Below, piece by piece: positions 8,706-19,076 of a stretch of 34,437 bases of DNA. This stretch comes from Flavobacteriaceae bacterium (GTDB taxonomy: Bacteria; Bacteroidota; Bacteroidia; Flavobacteriales; Flavobacteriaceae): contig VMCW01000193.1 of assembly GCA_008081175.1 (NCBI GenBank), forward strand, positions 1 to 34,437. The letters run 5' to 3'. How positions within the stretch are numbered: position 1 is the first letter of the stretch; each line of letters begins with the position of its first letter. The notes beneath the pieces are model-generated. The model had not been told where the DNA came from. It made no database searches and worked only from the letters and a program-made list of their open reading frames with translations. The translations under genes and the position numbers were made by a program.

Positions 8706-9737
8706 TTACTGTTTAAATTTAAGCACCTCAGACCTTCCTTTTTTAAAAATTTTATTACTGTTGTGAGTTCCTTTGCGCAAAGCTTTTTGCTTTTCTTCTG
8801 GCAAGGCAACGATCTCCCTGCAGGCATCTGAGCAGCATTGATTCATCTTTTCCGAACAAGATTCACACTGAATAAACAAGAGGTGACAGGCTTCATTTAC
8901 ACAGTTGACGTGATTGTCACAAGGAGCACCACACTGATGACATTGTGCGATGATGTCTTCAGATATTCGTTCGCCACGGCGTTCATCGAAAACAAAATTT
9001 TTACCTAAAAATTTATTTTCTAACCCTTGATTTTTTACTTGACGAGCATATTCAATAATCCCTCCTTCCAGTTGGTATACCTTTTTAAACCCTTTGTGTT
9101 TGAAATAAGCGGATGCCTTTTCACAGCGAATACCTCCTGTACAATACATCAACAGGTTTTTGTCTTCTTTGTGTTCAGACAAATCTTCCTCAATAATAGG
9201 GAGTGATTCTCTAAAAGTATCAACGTCTGGTGTAATTGCTCCTTTGAAATGCCCAATTTCACTTTCATAGTGATTGCGCATGTCTACACAAACTGTATTG
9301 GGGTCTTCTAACATACGGTTGAAATTTTGGGCGTTCAGATGCTCCCCTTTTTGAGTTACGTCAAAACTACTGTCGTTTAACCCATCAGCTACAATTTTAT
9401 CTCGTACCTTGATTGTGAGTTTTAAAAACGATTTGAGATCTTGTTCAATAGCAATATTCAAACGGACACCTTGTAAAAAGGAGATACTGTCTAAATGACT
9501 TTTAAAAGCTTCAAAATAGGGTGCTGGTACTGAAAGCTGGGCGTTAATCCCTTCTGAAGCTACATAAATACGTCCCAAAACCTCTAATGGATTCCAAGAT
9601 AAAAATAAATGATCTCTAAACAATTTTGGATTGCCAATGTGCGCGTACTGATAAAACGATAGGGTCAGGCGTTCTGTCCCTGCTTGTTCTAACATTTGAG
9701 CTCGTTCTTGCGCACTTAATTTGTTGTACAGTTGCAT
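8706..9737 (-). CDS. trhO: tRNA uridine(34) hydroxylase, rhodanese-domain protein (UPF0176/YceA family)
   Basis: Rhodanese active-site loop [12 protein letters not shown]. The N-terminal LSFYQY... domain is typical of the family. The C-terminal extension carries 10 Cys (residues 266-306). Confidence 0.85.
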   Translation of the reverse strand: MQLYNKLSAQERAQMLEQAGTERLTLSFYQYAHIGNPKLFRDHLFLSWNPLEVLGRIYVASEGINAQLSVPAPYFEAFKSHLDSISFLQGVRLNIAIEQDLKSFLKLTIKVRDKIVADGLNDSSFDVTQKGEHLNAQNFNRMLEDPNTVCVDMRNHYESEIGHFKGAITPDVDTFRESLPIIEEDLSEHKEDKNLLMYCTGGIRCEKASAYFKHKGFKKVYQLEGGIIEYARQVKNQGLENKFLGKNFVFDERRGERISEDIIAQCHQCGAPCDNHVNCVNEACHLLFIQCESCSEKMNQCCSDACREIVALPEEKQKALRKGTHNSNKIFKKGRSEVLKFKQ

Positions 9738-9761
9738 GCTATAAACGGTTTAAGTGAAGTG

Positions 9762-9769
9762 CAAAGGTA
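9762..9769 (-). promoter_or_regulatory. Bacteroidota -7 box (TACCTTTG) upstream of trhO
   Basis: Exact TAnnTTTG on the minus strand, 24 nt upstream of the ATG at 9737. Confidence 0.45.
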
Positions 9770-9840
9770 GAAAATTAATGTTCTCCTCATTATGAAAAGG
9801 CTATGGGACAAAAAAGCTGTCTTAACACCTCTTCACTTTC

Positions 9841-10581
9841 CTACTCCTTTAAGCTCAAGGTGATCCATACTTCTCCCTTCTTTTCGAGGTAAAGCATCTT
9901 CCGGAGTATGGAATAACTGTCTATTTCATTTAAGGCTTGTACGAACTCCTCTTCTCTTCGGTTTCTTTCAGCCTCGCAGGCCATTTCTGTAAGGAACAGT
10001 CCTTTAAAAAAAAGCGTATTTTCTATAAGCGCATATTCAGCTCCCCCACTGTTACATGCTGTTTTTAATTGAATCGTGCCTTCAGAAAAAAAAGTCAGTC
10101 CTGTTTCTGCGTCAAATATTGAGGAAACCACGCCATTTTCTGTTCTTATCGAATTAAGGTTCCAGCTGTTGACTAAGTCAGCAGAAATCGGAGGTGTTAA
10201 AATCAAGACAACCTGGTTTGAGGAGTTTAAAAAGACGAGCTTATTATTTTCAAAACGATACGTCAGTTTTGCTTCGCTTAATAAAGATGCTAACTCGGCT
10301 TCTCTTGTATCCTGATCCTGATCCAGGCATCCCATAAGTGTTGTTGCTAATGAAGCAATTTTAAGGGTATTCCCTTCCTGTATATAGTTCCCAAAGATGC
10401 GATTACATCCTGAAGTAAAAGAAAGCGTTTCTTCATCTATAAAAAACGTACCGCCTCCCTCAATGTCCCAATGCCCCAATAGTGACTCTGTTTGAAGTAA
10501 AGGCTCTCCCATATTATTTTCACAAGATTGTAAAAAAAGAGAAAGCCAACAAAAAGGCAAAAGAAATAGGGCAGATTTCAT
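9841..10581 (-). CDS. Lipoprotein with two META (HslJ-like) domains
   Basis: Lipobox LFLQSC after the internal Met (MKSALFLL), which I prefer as the start. Two repeats of the pattern W-L...F...L..T.GCN/ACN.....Y......L, characteristic of META domains. Confidence 0.7.
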   Translation of the reverse strand: MKSALFLLPFCWLSLFLQSCENNMGEPLLQTESLLGHWDIEGGGTFFIDEETLSFTSGCNRIFGNYIQEGNTLKIASLATTLMGCLDQDQDTREAELASLLSEAKLTYRFENNKLVFLNSSNQVVLILTPPISADLVNSWNLNSIRTENGVVSSIFDAETGLTFFSEGTIQLKTACNSGGAEYALIENTLFFKGLFLTEMACEAERNRREEEFVQALNEIDSYSILRKMLYLEKKGEVWITLSLKE

Positions 10582-10622
10582 AAAATTGATTTTATAAACC
10601 AAGACAAATACTATGCCAACCC

Positions 10623-11942
10623 TCAATCCAAATGGGGGTGCTTCTTGCCAATCAAAATTAAATTTGTTTGACGTCCATTGACATAGCGAAAGCCATCTGG
10701 ACCAAAATACCCGGGTTCTTCCAACATCACCCTAACATCCTTTTTCCACTCCTCAATATAAACCTTAGCGTTGAGCTCAATAGCATAAACTGTGTTTTCA
10801 TAAAGAGGGTGTTCTCCAGAACCGGGGATCCCTTCCTGAGCATCCCACATTCCAAAGGTAGTTCCAGCAGAGTGTCCGTAAAGGCCTAATGGATGGGTAT
10901 AAATCTGGGGTCTTAGCCCTGCAGCCTTACTGGATTCCAATGCCATCAATAAGGTTTCGTTACCGCTACGGCCTTTTTTAAAATTATCTGTTAAAGCATC
11001 TTGTACCGCATTTCCCTGACGCAAGGCCTCTTTTAAAAATTCGGGAGCCTCTGTCTCCTCCGGCTTGAGAACATAAGCCAATTCTTGACAGTCTGTATTC
11101 AAAGTCAAATAGGTAATCCCAAAATCGCAATGGACCAAATCCCCTGGCTGAATCACGTCAAATTTAGATTGTCCATCAAAAGCATACAAATCACTGGCGC
11201 CTGTACGCTGAACATCTACTGTAGGGTGAAACCAGGTTTTTAATCCTAATGCCGCTACTTTTTCACGTAACCACCATACCACATCTTCCGTTGTTGTTGC
11301 TCCAGGTGTAATGACTTTTGTTGAAAAAGCTTCGGAGATTATATTATGTGTTATTTCTGTCAACTGACTAAAAAGTGTCATCTCCAAGGGCGTACGCGTT
11401 TCGATCCATCGAACTGCTAGAGTCTCTGCAGAGACAACTCGGTTTTGATATTTCTTTGGCAAGGCCTGCATCATACCTTCATAATCAGTTTTAACTAGAC
11501 CGTCTGCAATACCGTAGTGTTCTGAAGAGTTGATTCCAATTTTTTTCGGGTTTTGACTGACAATATAATCTGCTAAGGCCTTCCATTGGTCCGGCTGTTT
11601 TTCTTTGTCCCAAATGGAGCGAATGTTGTTGCCAAAATTGTAGCGTGTAATGGCTACAGGATCAACCCCGTCTTTGGTTTTAGAAAACACTAAAATGGTT
11701 CTTCTTCTTGCGTTGAGCCACGTCGGGGGAAGTAAGGTTTTAACCACTGGATCTTCGTTGTATTCTCTGGTAATCATTACCCAAAGATCAATATCTTGTT
11801 CTTCCATCAGTTGAGGCAGTAATTTTTGGATACGCTCTTCTTGAATTTGATCAATTAGTGCTGCCCGCTCACGCAGGGGAAGTATGTCTTGTGCAAACAA
11901 TGGGTTCAACACAATAGTGAATAAAAAAAGGAATCGTTTCAT
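10623..11942 (-). CDS. Secreted M24-family Xaa-Pro aminopeptidase/dipeptidase
   Basis: Signal peptide. Pita-bread fold segments (GDLVHCDFGITY, YTHPLGLYGHSAG, AIELN, MLEE) are consistent with M24B metal ligands. Confidence 0.8.
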   Translation of the reverse strand: MKRFLFLFTIVLNPLFAQDILPLRERAALIDQIQEERIQKLLPQLMEEQDIDLWVMITREYNEDPVVKTLLPPTWLNARRRTILVFSKTKDGVDPVAITRYNFGNNIRSIWDKEKQPDQWKALADYIVSQNPKKIGINSSEHYGIADGLVKTDYEGMMQALPKKYQNRVVSAETLAVRWIETRTPLEMTLFSQLTEITHNIISEAFSTKVITPGATTTEDVVWWLREKVAALGLKTWFHPTVDVQRTGASDLYAFDGQSKFDVIQPGDLVHCDFGITYLTLNTDCQELAYVLKPEETEAPEFLKEALRQGNAVQDALTDNFKKGRSGNETLLMALESSKAAGLRPQIYTHPLGLYGHSAGTTFGMWDAQEGIPGSGEHPLYENTVYAIELNAKVYIEEWKKDVRVMLEEPGYFGPDGFRYVNGRQTNLILIGKKHPHLD

Positions 11943-12047
11943 GTCAAAAATTTTAATCCCTTAAACCTACGAAAAATTGTTAATAATGGAGCTTAAACAG
12001 ACTTGGAAGCAGTATGAAGAAACTGTACATTAGCCAAAAAGTACGTT

Positions 12048-13055
12048 ATGTCAGATCAAAAAAACGCAAAACTTAAAGCGCTTCAGCTCACCCTAGACAA
12101 ACTGGATAAGACCTATGGCAAAGGTGCGGTTATGAAACTAGGGGATGAAGCAGTAGAAGAAGTAGAAGCTATTCCTTCAGGCTCTCTGGGACTTGACATT
12201 GCTCTGGGTGTAGGAGGCTATCCTCGTGGGCGAGTCATTGAAATATATGGCCCTGAATCTTCAGGAAAGACGACCTTAACCTTGCACGCTATTGCAGAAT
12301 GTCAAAAACAAGGAGGAATTGCTGCCTTCATTGATGCTGAACATGCTTTTGACCGTTTTTATGCAGAAAAGTTGGGTGTTGATGTTGGAGAACTGATCAT
12401 CTCTCAGCCTGATCACGGTGAGCAAGCCTTAGAAATAGCAGACAACTTGATTCGTTCAGGAGCTATCGATATTGTGGTAGTAGACTCCGTAGCGGCGCTC
12501 ACTCCAAAAAGTGAAATAGAAGGCGAAATGGGAGATTCTAAAATGGGACTCCATGCTCGCTTGATGTCTCAAGCATTGAGGAAACTGACCGCCTCCATAA
12601 GTAAAACAAATTGTACTGTGTTTTTCATTAATCAGTTGCGAGAAAAAATTGGAGTAATGTTTGGCAACCCAGAAACTACTACAGGGGGAAATGCTTTAAA
12701 ATTTTATGCTTCCGTTCGCCTAGACATCCGCAGATCTACTCAGATTAAAAGTTCTGAGGCAGAAGTTATGGGTAACAAAACACGCGTAAAGGTGGTTAAA
12801 AACAAAGTGGCTCCTCCCTTCCGAACCACAGAGTTTGACATCATGTACGGAGAAGGAATTTCAAAAATTGGAGAAATCATTGACCTTGGAGTAAATTATG
12901 AAATCATCAAGAAAAGTGGTTCATGGTTTAGTTACGGAGACACTAAAATAGGGCAAGGTCGTGATGCTGTTAAAACACTACTCGAAGACAACCCAGAGTT
13001 AATGGAGGAGCTGGAGAAAAAAATAATGGAGACACTCAAAGAGTTGAATTCCTAA
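12048..13055 (+). CDS. recA: Recombinase RecA
   Basis: Near-canonical RecA sequence: Walker [26 protein letters not shown], and L2 loop [28 protein letters not shown]. Confidence 0.98.
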   Translation: MSDQKNAKLKALQLTLDKLDKTYGKGAVMKLGDEAVEEVEAIPSGSLGLDIALGVGGYPRGRVIEIYGPESSGKTTLTLHAIAECQKQGGIAAFIDAEHAFDRFYAEKLGVDVGELIISQPDHGEQALEIADNLIRSGAIDIVVVDSVAALTPKSEIEGEMGDSKMGLHARLMSQALRKLTASISKTNCTVFFINQLREKIGVMFGNPETTTGGNALKFYASVRLDIRRSTQIKSSEAEVMGNKTRVKVVKNKVAPPFRTTEFDIMYGEGISKIGEIIDLGVNYEIIKKSGSWFSYGDTKIGQGRDAVKTLLEDNPELMEELEKKIMETLKELNS

Positions 13056-13831
13056 GGAAGCCCTTTTATTTTTTTCCACAGTTGAATCGCTTGAACAGCA
13101 CTTTGTTTGGGATCGTCCAAAAGTTCTGATTTAATTTTTTTATGTGTTTTCTCAGCTAGAGGTTCAATGTCAACTTCTGTTTTTCCTTCTACAGAAATCA
13201 CCTTCAACGCTTTTACTCGTAATGCCCCCCCGTAACCATAAGTGGTATACCAAGGGAATTTTCGTTTACAGTCATAAAAAACCATTGGAAAAAGGGGTAG
13301 CTGATGTTCTATTGCTAATTTAAATGCGCCCTTTTTAAAAGGATTTAATAAAACCGTTTCGTCCGTATATTCTTTTTCAGGAAAAATACAAATACTGTAC
13401 CCCTTGTCAATCACTTTTCGTGCGCGTTCATAAACTTCAAACCGGCTTTTGGCACTACTTCTATCCACCATAATGGCCGCACGTTTATACAAATATCCAA
13501 ATACTGGAATTTTTACAATCTCTTTCTTTCCAACAAAAACAAAAGGTGTTTTACGCATTCGTAACATGAGCATGATGTCTATATAACTAGAGTGGTTGGC
13601 GATTAAAATCATACTTTGCCCCTCTGGGGGGAAATCTGATATACGCTCAACCCAAAATCCTGAGCCAAAAAGAACCCATGGAGACCAAATGTTTCGTGCT
13701 ACCCAATAGACAACTCGATATCCATTAGGAAACAAAAGACAAAGAGCCAATGGGAAAAAGAAAACTAGGACAGGAAGGGCCGTTAGTATGTAAAACCAGA
13801 TCCGCCAAAAAACCAACAGGAGCTTTCTCAT
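13052..13831 (-). CDS. 1-acyl-sn-glycerol-3-phosphate (lysophospholipid) acyltransferase
   Basis: N-terminal TM segments, HX4D motif NHSSYID, and a FPEKE block in the position of FPEGT. Confidence 0.8.
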   Translation of the reverse strand: MRKLLLVFWRIWFYILTALPVLVFFFPLALCLLFPNGYRVVYWVARNIWSPWVLFGSGFWVERISDFPPEGQSMILIANHSSYIDIMLMLRMRKTPFVFVGKKEIVKIPVFGYLYKRAAIMVDRSSAKSRFEVYERARKVIDKGYSICIFPEKEYTDETVLLNPFKKGAFKLAIEHQLPLFPMVFYDCKRKFPWYTTYGYGGALRVKALKVISVEGKTEVDIEPLAEKTHKKIKSELLDDPKQSAVQAIQLWKKIKGLP

Positions 13832-13835
13832 TATT

Positions 13836-13843
13836 CAAAGATA
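13836..13843 (-). promoter_or_regulatory. Bacteroidota -7 box (TATCTTTG) abutting the acyltransferase start codon
   Basis: Exact TAnnTTTG on the minus strand, only 4 nt from the ATG at 13831. Confidence 0.35.
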
Positions 13844-13942
13844 TTGATTCTAGTAGAGCTTCCTCCCTCTTATTGAAAAACTAAAAGTATGCTGATAAGA
13901 CAAAATGTCTAAACGAGAGTTGCACTCCTATTCGAGGAAACG

Positions 13943-13950
13943 TACCTTTG
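13943..13950 (+). promoter_or_regulatory. Bacteroidota -7 box (TACCTTTG) upstream of trpS
   Basis: Exact TAnnTTTG, 14 nt upstream of the ATG at 13965. Confidence 0.45.
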
Positions 13951-13964
13951 TTTAAATTTAAAAA

Positions 13965-14933
13965 ATGGCACGGATTTTAACAGGTGTACAGTCTACAGGA
14001 ACTCCCCATTTGGGGAACCTATTGGGTGCAGTACTTCCAGCAATTGAAATGGCAAAAGCAACGGAGGACGACTCTTTTCTCTTTATTGCCGATTTACACT
14101 CCCTCACCCAAATCAAAAATGGAGAAACCCTTCGTGAAAATACTTTTTCTACTGCTGCTACTTGGTTGGCTTGTGGTCTAGATATAGAAAAAACACATTT
14201 TTACAAACAGAGTGACGTAAGCGAAGTTACTGAACTGGCCTGGTACCTCAACTGTTTCTTTCCCTACCAACGTCTTACGCTGGCACACTCTTTTAAAGAC
14301 AAATCCGAATCTCTAGCTGATGTAAACAGCGGATTGTTTACCTATCCAATGCTCATGGCTGCAGATATTTTATTGTATGATGCAGAAATTGTCCCCGTTG
14401 GAAAAGATCAATTGCAACACCTTGAAATTACAAGGGATGTTGCCTCTCGTTTCAACCATCAGATGGGAGAAACTTTTGTAATCCCCAAGGCCAAAATTCA
14501 GGAAGACACCCAATTCATCCCGGGTACCGATGGTCAAAAAATGAGTAAGTCTAAAAACAACACCATTAATGTTTTTCTTCCCGAAAAACAACTTAGAAAA
14601 CAGGTGATGGGTATACAGACAGACAGTACTCCTTTAGAAGAGCCAAAAGACCCAGACAAATGTAACGTTTATGCCTTATACGCTTTACTTGCTCCTGCCT
14701 CATCTGTTCAGGCACTACGTTCTCAATACCTTGCTGGAGGAATGGGCTATGGTCATGCAAAACAACAACTTTTTGAATTAATTTTAGAACGTTTCTCTAA
14801 GGAACGAGAGCAGTACGATTATTTCCACAAACAACCAGAAGAAGTTTATATCGCGCTTGCGAAAGGAGCAGAAAAGGCTCGCAAAGTAGCACAAGAAGTC
14901 TTGTTAAGAGTCCGAGATCGTATCGGATATTAG
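13965..14933 (+). CDS. trpS: Tryptophan--tRNA ligase
   Basis: Class I aaRS motifs: HIGH-type TPHLGN and KMSKS. Length and overall sequence are typical of TrpRS. Confidence 0.95.
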   Translation: MARILTGVQSTGTPHLGNLLGAVLPAIEMAKATEDDSFLFIADLHSLTQIKNGETLRENTFSTAATWLACGLDIEKTHFYKQSDVSEVTELAWYLNCFFPYQRLTLAHSFKDKSESLADVNSGLFTYPMLMAADILLYDAEIVPVGKDQLQHLEITRDVASRFNHQMGETFVIPKAKIQEDTQFIPGTDGQKMSKSKNNTINVFLPEKQLRKQVMGIQTDSTPLEEPKDPDKCNVYALYALLAPASSVQALRSQYLAGGMGYGHAKQQLFELILERFSKEREQYDYFHKQPEEVYIALAKGAEKARKVAQEVLLRVRDRIGY

Positions 14934-16027
14934 ATCAGTTCATAATACTTTCCTGGAAGAGCACGTACAACTCCTTTCATTTCGAGTTGCAACAGCAAGG
15001 CGGCAGTCGTACTTATTTTTTGTTGTGTTTGTAAAGCAAGTCCATCCAAATGAATTTTAGAGTGGGCTTTTAGCTCATTTACTACCCTTTTTTCCTTAGG
15101 TGTCAGTTCTACAAAGAGTGCTTTCTGAACTGTTTTTTGTTGTTCTTGATTTTCCCACCCCAACGCATCTAAAAGCTGTTTGGGATCTGAAAGCAACTGT
15201 GCTTTTTGTTCCACGATCAGATGATGACATCCTTTGCTTTTATAATCGGAATACCGTCCTGGTACGGCAAAAAGCTCTCGCCCGTACTGGTGTGCTAAAT
15301 TTGCCGTATTCATACTTCCTACTTTAAGACCAGATTCTATTACTACTGTAGCATGTGCCATCCCGGCTATCAACCGATTCCTTCTTGGAAAATTGGTTTT
15401 TCGAAATGTCGCTTCGGGTAAGAAATCCGTAACTATAGCCCCCCTTTTCTTTATTGAATTTGAAAGTTTCTGATGGTTGGGTGGGTAAAGTTGATCCAAT
15501 CCGTGCGCAAGACAAGCAACTGTTTCAAGTCCGTGATGCAATGCTGATTGATGAGCGATACGATCAATCCCCCTTGCTAAACCGGAACAGATGATTGGAT
15601 TATAAGGGGATAAAACTTCCACCAATTGTTCGCAAAAAGCCCTCCCATGTGGGGTGTTTTGACGGGTTCCTACAATACTAATTATTTTGCGTTTTTTGAA
15701 CTGGGGTATTCCTTGATAAAAAAGAAGCAAAGGTGCGTCAGGACAATAGCTTAAAGGCAAAGGATAGTTCGTGCTTCCATAAACCAAAAAAGCAACTGCA
15801 TATCTGTCTAACATTTCCACTTGCTGTGCTACAAGGGACCGGTACTTTTCCCAGTTTGCTAGTTCATAACATATTGCTTCCCCTAAACCTGCAACGGTTC
15901 TCCACTCTTTGGGTTTGGCTTTAAAAATGGCTGTGGCACTACCGAAATGCGTAAGGAGTTTGTGGCTTCGGTTCCAGCCTATCCCCTGTAGGTTTTCAAG
16001 AAGCAGTAAAGCTTCGAGTTCTGACAT
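14930..16027 (-). CDS. dprA: DNA-processing protein DprA (Smf)
   Basis: N-terminal SAM-like LLENLQGIGW. Rossmann core IVGTR...GLARGID..AH. C-terminal winged-helix-like tail LLQLEMKGVV. Confidence 0.9.
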   Translation of the reverse strand: MSELEALLLLENLQGIGWNRSHKLLTHFGSATAIFKAKPKEWRTVAGLGEAICYELANWEKYRSLVAQQVEMLDRYAVAFLVYGSTNYPLPLSYCPDAPLLLFYQGIPQFKKRKIISIVGTRQNTPHGRAFCEQLVEVLSPYNPIICSGLARGIDRIAHQSALHHGLETVACLAHGLDQLYPPNHQKLSNSIKKRGAIVTDFLPEATFRKTNFPRRNRLIAGMAHATVVIESGLKVGSMNTANLAHQYGRELFAVPGRYSDYKSKGCHHLIVEQKAQLLSDPKQLLDALGWENQEQQKTVQKALFVELTPKEKRVVNELKAHSKIHLDGLALQTQQKISTTAALLLQLEMKGVVRALPGKYYELI

Positions 16028-16099
16028 AGTTAAAGATTTGGTTTACTAAGATAACAAAGGTTCTTTTTTGGGGTTTTACTTTTTATAGCATTATTTTAT

Positions 16100-16107
16100 T
16101 ATTTTTG
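16100..16107 (+). promoter_or_regulatory. Bacteroidota -7 box (TATTTTTG) abutting the SPOR-protein start codon
   Basis: Exact TAnnTTTG, 5 nt upstream of the ATG at 16113. Confidence 0.35.
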
Positions 16108-16112
16108 ATCTA

Positions 16113-17075
16113 ATGCAACTGACCCGTTTTATTCAAGAATTACTGTACCAATACGAATGTGTAACCATTCCACAATTTGGTGCATTTTTAACACGCTCCT
16201 ACCGGGCAAAAGTTACCCCTAATGGATCGTTTTATCCTCCTAGTAAAGAATTAACTTTCAATCAACTGCTTGTTGCAAATGACGGGGTTCTTGCGCATTA
16301 TATTGCACAGAAAGAAGAGATCTCCTATGAAAATGCACTTCGCTTGATTGAGAAAGAAGTGAGCAGTTGGAAAAAAAGATTGCAAACTCAAATCTTGCGT
16401 TTTCCTGGTGTAGGAGAAATTCGATTGAACGCAGCTCGTAAAATAGAATTTACCCCTTGGGGAAAAATAAATTTTGACCTCACCTCGTTTGGATTAAAAA
16501 GTTTTGAACGCAGTCCGCTATCACAAACAACCCCTATCTCAAAACCCATCCACATCATGAAAGAAACCAATAAAAACGATTTAATGTTTACCCCAGAAAA
16601 GGAAAATAACGAAAAAAAGACTCCTCTATTTCGTTACGCAGCTATTGGAGTTATAGGAATTGCCCTTCTTGGAGCTTCTTACTTTTTTGGTGATCGCTAT
16701 GTCACAGAACAACGAATTGTTGAGCAAGAAAAGGCTCAAGTTAAAATAGAAGAAAAGGTTCAAGAAGCAACTTTTGACCTTGGAAACTTGCCTACAATAG
16801 AAGTTGCTGCTACTGCAAAACCCCAAGAGGCTCCCTTGCTAGATAAAGCCTTATACAGTGTAATTGCGGGTTCTTTTCGCTCCTTAGAAAATGCGGAAAA
16901 AAAGATCGAATCATTGAAAGCAGAAGGATATCCTGCCGCCTTTGCTCAATCCAATTCTACAGGTTTATACCGTGTGGCTTATGGTAGATACGAAACTAAA
17001 AAAGAAGCCATTAGTATGCTCTACTTTTTAAAGTATACCCTAGAGGAAGAAGCTTGGTATCTCGAGGAGCGCTAA
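16113..17075 (+). CDS. HU-like (CCDC81-type) N-terminal domain / TM / C-terminal SPOR peptidoglycan-binding protein
   Basis: The N-terminus IQELLYQYECVTIPQFGAFL is typical of bacterial HU-CCDC81 domains. A central TM helix is present (AAIGVIGIALLGASYFF). The C-terminal SPOR-like region reads YSVIAGSFRSLENAEK...LYRVAYGRYETKKEA. Confidence 0.75.
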   Translation: MQLTRFIQELLYQYECVTIPQFGAFLTRSYRAKVTPNGSFYPPSKELTFNQLLVANDGVLAHYIAQKEEISYENALRLIEKEVSSWKKRLQTQILRFPGVGEIRLNAARKIEFTPWGKINFDLTSFGLKSFERSPLSQTTPISKPIHIMKETNKNDLMFTPEKENNEKKTPLFRYAAIGVIGIALLGASYFFGDRYVTEQRIVEQEKAQVKIEEKVQEATFDLGNLPTIEVAATAKPQEAPLLDKALYSVIAGSFRSLENAEKKIESLKAEGYPAAFAQSNSTGLYRVAYGRYETKKEAISMLYFLKYTLEEEAWYLEER

Positions 17076-17076
17076 A

Positions 17077-18297
17077 TTACATTTGATAAATCCAGTCTTT
17101 CGGATTCAGCGCTTTTACATTATTAAATATTCCAAATTGAATTTGGGTTTTTCCTGTTTGCTGGTTTGTAAACACCTCCCCTATAGGTTGTTTTGCTTTC
17201 ACTTGATCTCCCTTTTTGACGTAAAGTTTCCCTAGGTTGGAATACAGAGTAATGAAATTTCCATGCCTTATTAGAACAGAAGGATTACTTCCTTTTATTA
17301 CAATGACTGACATCACCTCCCCTTCGAAAACAGCCCGTACCTGTGCTGCGGGTTCTGTGGCTAATACCACTCCATTGCTTTGTATTGTCGTTGTCTTTAC
17401 AACGGGATGCCTTTGTCTACCAAACCCCTGTATTACGATTCCCTTTTCCAACGGCCAGGGCAACCTCCCCTTATTGGCCTGAAAGTTTGTAGCAATCAGT
17501 TTTGCCTCTGGTGTCAATTCAAAGGTTGTTGACCCTTTTTTTCCTGCAGCTTTATTCGAAGCTGCTATGGCTTCTCGAATTAAACGGTCAATTTCCTTGT
17601 CGATTACTCTACGTTGCTTTTCCTTTTTTTCTATTTGAGCTGCAAGCGAGCGTTCTTTTTGCTTTAAAGATTTAATTAATTCTTGCTGCTCTAGCTGTTC
17701 TTTTTGGAGTGAAGCTTGTACTTCTCTATTTTCTTCTATCAGGACTAGTTTAGCGGCTTTTTCGTCTATTAACGTCTGATTGAGCTGTTGTAATAGCTTT
17801 GTTTTTTGGGCAATTTCTTGTCCTTGTTTTCTTCTGAAACGGGCGTACTGTTTTAGGTATTGTAGTCGCTTATAGGCTTGCAAAAAATTCTCTGAGGAAA
17901 ATAAAAACATCAATCGGTTTTGTAAGGATTTACTCGCGTAGGACTTTTGAATCATTTTTGCGTATTCTTCTTTCAGCTCTTCCAGCTCTTTTCTTTGTGC
18001 TGCTATATTTCTTTCGTTTACGCTGATTCTTCTAGTAAGAAGATTTGCCTGCTGGTTGGTTACTTTAATTAATTCCGAACGAACATTTAACTTTACTTGA
18101 AGATCCTCCGCTGCCGTAAGAGCGTTTTTTCTCGTTTTGGTATTTGAAAATAAGAGCCTATTGATCTGTTTGATCTCATTTTTTAACTGCTGTCGCTGAG
18201 CTTCTAATTCCTTTTGTTGTGAAGTGCTTTCTTGAGCAAGACCGCTGCTGAGACCCATCCACAAAAAAAACAGCAAGTACCTTCCGGCCTTTTTCAT
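17077..18297 (-). CDS. EnvC-like murein hydrolase activator / M23 peptidase family protein
   Basis: Signal peptide. A long Q/E/K-rich coiled coil of about 230 aa. C-terminal LytM/M23 domain (GVVLAT...VLIRHGNFITLYSNL...V.KGD.V...Q.IG). Confidence 0.85.
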   Translation of the reverse strand: MKKAGRYLLFFLWMGLSSGLAQESTSQQKELEAQRQQLKNEIKQINRLLFSNTKTRKNALTAAEDLQVKLNVRSELIKVTNQQANLLTRRISVNERNIAAQRKELEELKEEYAKMIQKSYASKSLQNRLMFLFSSENFLQAYKRLQYLKQYARFRRKQGQEIAQKTKLLQQLNQTLIDEKAAKLVLIEENREVQASLQKEQLEQQELIKSLKQKERSLAAQIEKKEKQRRVIDKEIDRLIREAIAASNKAAGKKGSTTFELTPEAKLIATNFQANKGRLPWPLEKGIVIQGFGRQRHPVVKTTTIQSNGVVLATEPAAQVRAVFEGEVMSVIVIKGSNPSVLIRHGNFITLYSNLGKLYVKKGDQVKAKQPIGEVFTNQQTGKTQIQFGIFNNVKALNPKDWIYQM

Positions 18298-19074
18298 CTA
18301 AAACTCAATTTTCGAATAGCCTTGCGGAATTTCAAAAGGAAAGGTCAAGCCCTCCGTAAAATCTGTACGAGAAAATTCCAATTCTAACCGCTGAGAAACA
18401 GTTCCATCAAAGAGTGTAATTTCAATTAAACTGGGAAGTGAAACACCATCAATTTTAATGTGCCTTAAATATTTAATGGTCAAATTATACGAGGTCCCAG
18501 GAAGAATAAAGCGCTGTTCCTTCAATAGAAAGCTCACCGGATCAAAAAACAACGTAGGTGTTAACCCAGTGCGATTTCCTTGAGGGATTAGAATGTAGTA
18601 TTGGGGGTTTGAAATTTGTTTCCAACGCCCCTCACTAGGGTCTAAAAAAGGTTTTCCCAGAAAGAGGTTTTCAATATCAGAATAATCAAAATCGGTATTG
18701 TATGGAGTATTGATTAGATCGAAATTGCCTTGAAAAAATGTCTTTTGAAACTTTTCATAAAAGGAAACTTCTTGAGGAGTGATCATCAATTTAGCGATAG
18801 GGATCAACATAGTAGCACTGAGCCAAAGTTTCTTTTTTTCCTCCATTCGAAATTGAATCACTAACTGTTGCTCGCGAGCACCGTCATTGTAGGTTGCTTT
18901 TATTCTAGACCTTACTTTATTAACTTTTGGATAATTGCTTTTTATTTTGAGGGCCAAAGCTTCGATGTCCACATTTTTTACAGGCGTATTTGTGGGCAGT
19001 ACAGCTACACTTTTACAGCCTAAAAAAACAAGGCTAATTACTAGATTCAAAAACGGAATTGAAAAGCTTTTCAT
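18298..19074 (-). CDS. Lipoprotein, DUF4292-like (possible LolB-fold outer-membrane lipoprotein)
   Basis: Lipobox LVFLGC. About 250 aa and beta-rich. Its position immediately upstream of the M23/EnvC gene matches what I recall as a common Flavobacteriia arrangement. The family assignment is from memory only. Confidence 0.5.
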   Translation of the reverse strand: MKSFSIPFLNLVISLVFLGCKSVAVLPTNTPVKNVDIEALALKIKSNYPKVNKVRSRIKATYNDGAREQQLVIQFRMEEKKKLWLSATMLIPIAKLMITPQEVSFYEKFQKTFFQGNFDLINTPYNTDFDYSDIENLFLGKPFLDPSEGRWKQISNPQYYILIPQGNRTGLTPTLFFDPVSFLLKEQRFILPGTSYNLTIKYLRHIKIDGVSLPSLIEITLFDGTVSQRLELEFSRTDFTEGLTFPFEIPQGYSKIEF

Positions 19075-19076
19075 TT

